Positions 63,006 through 64,000 of a DNA stretch of 64,000 nucleotides are shown piece by piece. Numbering within the stretch: position 1 is the stretch's first letter; each line of letters opens with the position of its first letter. The notes below the pieces were generated by a model. It saw only the letters and a program-made list of their open reading frames with translations. It made no database searches and had not been told where the DNA came from. The DNA is from a virus: IMG/VR virus record IMGVR_UViG_3300045988_152178; one strand, written 5' to 3'. A program made the position numbers and the translations under genes.

Positions 63006-63410
63006 TTAATTATCTAATAGTACCACTCCCACCCTTACTTTCTTGCCGCAGTGAGGGCAGAAGGTGGAAGTCTGAATCATCTGCTGCTGCTGGTTTTCTG
63101 ATACCAGTCCGTTTTCGTGAACCGGATAGGCTGGCTCATTTTCTGCTACATCCTCGTTTTCTTTCTTGTCAGCATTCGAGAAAAGATCATCCTTTTCGTT
63201 TGTCGGGAAGAACATATCACGAGGGTCTATATCCAAAGCCATAGCTATGCGATAGATAGTGTTTGTCGTTAATGACTTGTTGCGGAGGAACTGCGACATT
63301 GATTGCGATGACATGCCGCATTTCTCAGCGAACGCATTGGTACCCAAACCTAACTTTTGCATCAGTTTGCGAAGATTGATTTCCGATTTTGGCTTAATAT
63401 TTTCTTTCAT
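63006..63410 (-). CDS. XRE-family HTH regulator (repressor-like) with C-terminal CxxC
   Basis: Start taken at MKENIKPKS (ATG 63410), because the track start 63452 lies within the -7 box (63450-63457). HTH LRKLMQKLGLGTNAFAEKCGMSSQSMSQFLRN; ends FCPHCGKKVRVG. Confidence 0.75.
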   Translation of the reverse strand: MKENIKPKSEINLRKLMQKLGLGTNAFAEKCGMSSQSMSQFLRNKSLTTNTIYRIAMALDIDPRDMFFPTNEKDDLFSNADKKENEDVAENEPAYPVHENGLVSENQQQQMIQTSTFCPHCGKKVRVGVVLLDN

Positions 63411-63449
63411 AATTTCTTTATTTATATATATGTTCTTTAAATTTCGGTG

Positions 63450-63481
63450 CAAAGGTAATATGTTTATTTGGTTTTTGCAAA
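63450..63481 (-). promoter_or_regulatory. canonical Bacteroides-type promoter
   Basis: Minus strand reads TTTG-N20-TACCTTTG (TTTG at 63478-63481, -7 box at 63450-63457), 39 nt upstream of ATG 63410. Confidence 0.55.
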
Positions 63482-63818
63482 TATTCCTAGTTAAAAGTTA
63501 TATATTTATTTGTTTTTCTATATATTTTTTTTGATTATGTAGCGTATATTTTAGGTATTTTTATCTAAGATTTCAGATAGCGTGAATTATTTTAGAATAA
63601 TTTTAAATCCCCTCTAAACTATTGGTATTTAAGGTTTTACGAGAGATAACCTTTTGTTTTTACCGCCCGAGAGGAGAAGATAAATAATTGATAATTAGAG
63701 AAATCCAAACCTTGAGAAAAACCCGAGAACCTTCATTCAGCCGCGAGACCCCCGCCGCCCTGAAACGACTCCCGCCTGCCCGCCTGCCTGGGATCGGCTG
63801 GCAATATGAGGCCGCCCC

Positions 63819-64000
63819 CACCACCCAACAGGAGGAGCACCACCCCACCAGGAGGAGCACCACCCCACTAGGAGGAGCACCACCCCACCAGGAGGAGCAC
63901 CACCCCACTAGGAGGAGCACCACCCCACCAGCCACCAGGATGCAGCACCACCCAACAGGAGGAGCACCACCCCACCAGGAGGAGCACCACCCCACTAGGA
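63819..64000. repeat. 20-bp tandem repeat, truncated by window end
   Basis: GGAGGAGCACCACCCCAC(C/T)A: five contiguous units at 63831-63930 alternating CCA/CTA, a 27-nt interruption, then at least two more units (63958-63997). The unit length is not a multiple of 3. Confidence 0.85.

Noticed and set aside
63660-63995. 111-aa minus-strand ORF across the tandem repeat
   Set aside because: The peptide simply cycles through the three frames of a 20-bp repeat (GWCSSWWGGAPP...), which is not a multiple of 3. Treated as non-coding repeat.
63819-64000. CRISPR array
   Set aside because: The repeats are contiguous with no spacers. The unit is only 20 bp, and no cas genes are seen.
1-64000. tRNA, rRNA, integrase and attachment sites
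   Set aside because: I scanned the non-coding gaps for T-arm-like GGTTCGAATCC-type sequences and looked for tyrosine or serine recombinase motifs. None were recognised, so the prophage boundaries cannot be defined from this window.

Overview
Nearly all of this 64-kb window reads as one tailed dsDNA phage or prophage. The expression signals look Bacteroidales-like: TAnnTTTG -7 boxes, no Shine-Dalgarno sequences, A-rich leaders. The host assignment is inference.

Layout:
- 1-11.3 kb: + strand block of about 26 tightly packed small early genes. These include a DUF2829/Tad2-like protein, two ASCH-like paralogs, two small Cys-rich paralogs, an SPL-like radical SAM protein, a YopX-like protein and a GNAT.
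- 11.5-16.9 kb: minus-strand operon. Order is PAPS-reductase-like gene (frameshifted), unknowns, two DNA methyltransferases, large terminase.
- 17.0-25.9 kb: holin-like protein, two unknowns and a 2309-aa tape measure protein.
- 26.0-26.6 kb: iteron/palindrome cluster (putative origin).
- 26.75-30.2 kb: primase-like gene and a nucleotide module (kinase, divergent ThyX-like, MazG-like).
- 32.9-36.8 kb: S49 protease-scaffold, major capsid protein and a structural protein.
- 37.0-40.1 kb: a LysR-type regulator plus four unknown genes, two with Cys-rich ends, sitting between head and lysis genes.
- 40.3-48.8 kb: GH108 endolysin, SSB-like protein, second radical SAM protein, portal and unknown virion genes.
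- 48.8-61.8 kb: baseplate/tail-fibre region containing a FabF-like ketosynthase + acyl carrier protein pair.
- 62.1-63.5 kb: minus-strand HTH regulator + lipoprotein operon.
- 63.8-64.0 kb: 20-bp tandem repeat cut by the window edge.

Most interesting observations:
1. The KS+ACP cassette inside the tail module.
2. A conserved 30-45 nt hairpin element in nine same-orientation copies at gene 3' ends, one of them inside a CDS.
3. Six copies of a fixed-spacing promoter-like motif, TTTGTCCCnA-N19-TAnnTTTG.
4. Three genes whose downstream frame is reached by a -1 shift on a poly-G run.
5. The LysR/Cys-rich island.
6. A compositionally foreign Ig-like fibre cassette and a fibre-gene relic.

No rRNA, tRNA, CRISPR array, integrase or reverse transcriptase was recognised. 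All family calls come from motif recognition by eye, not from searches.
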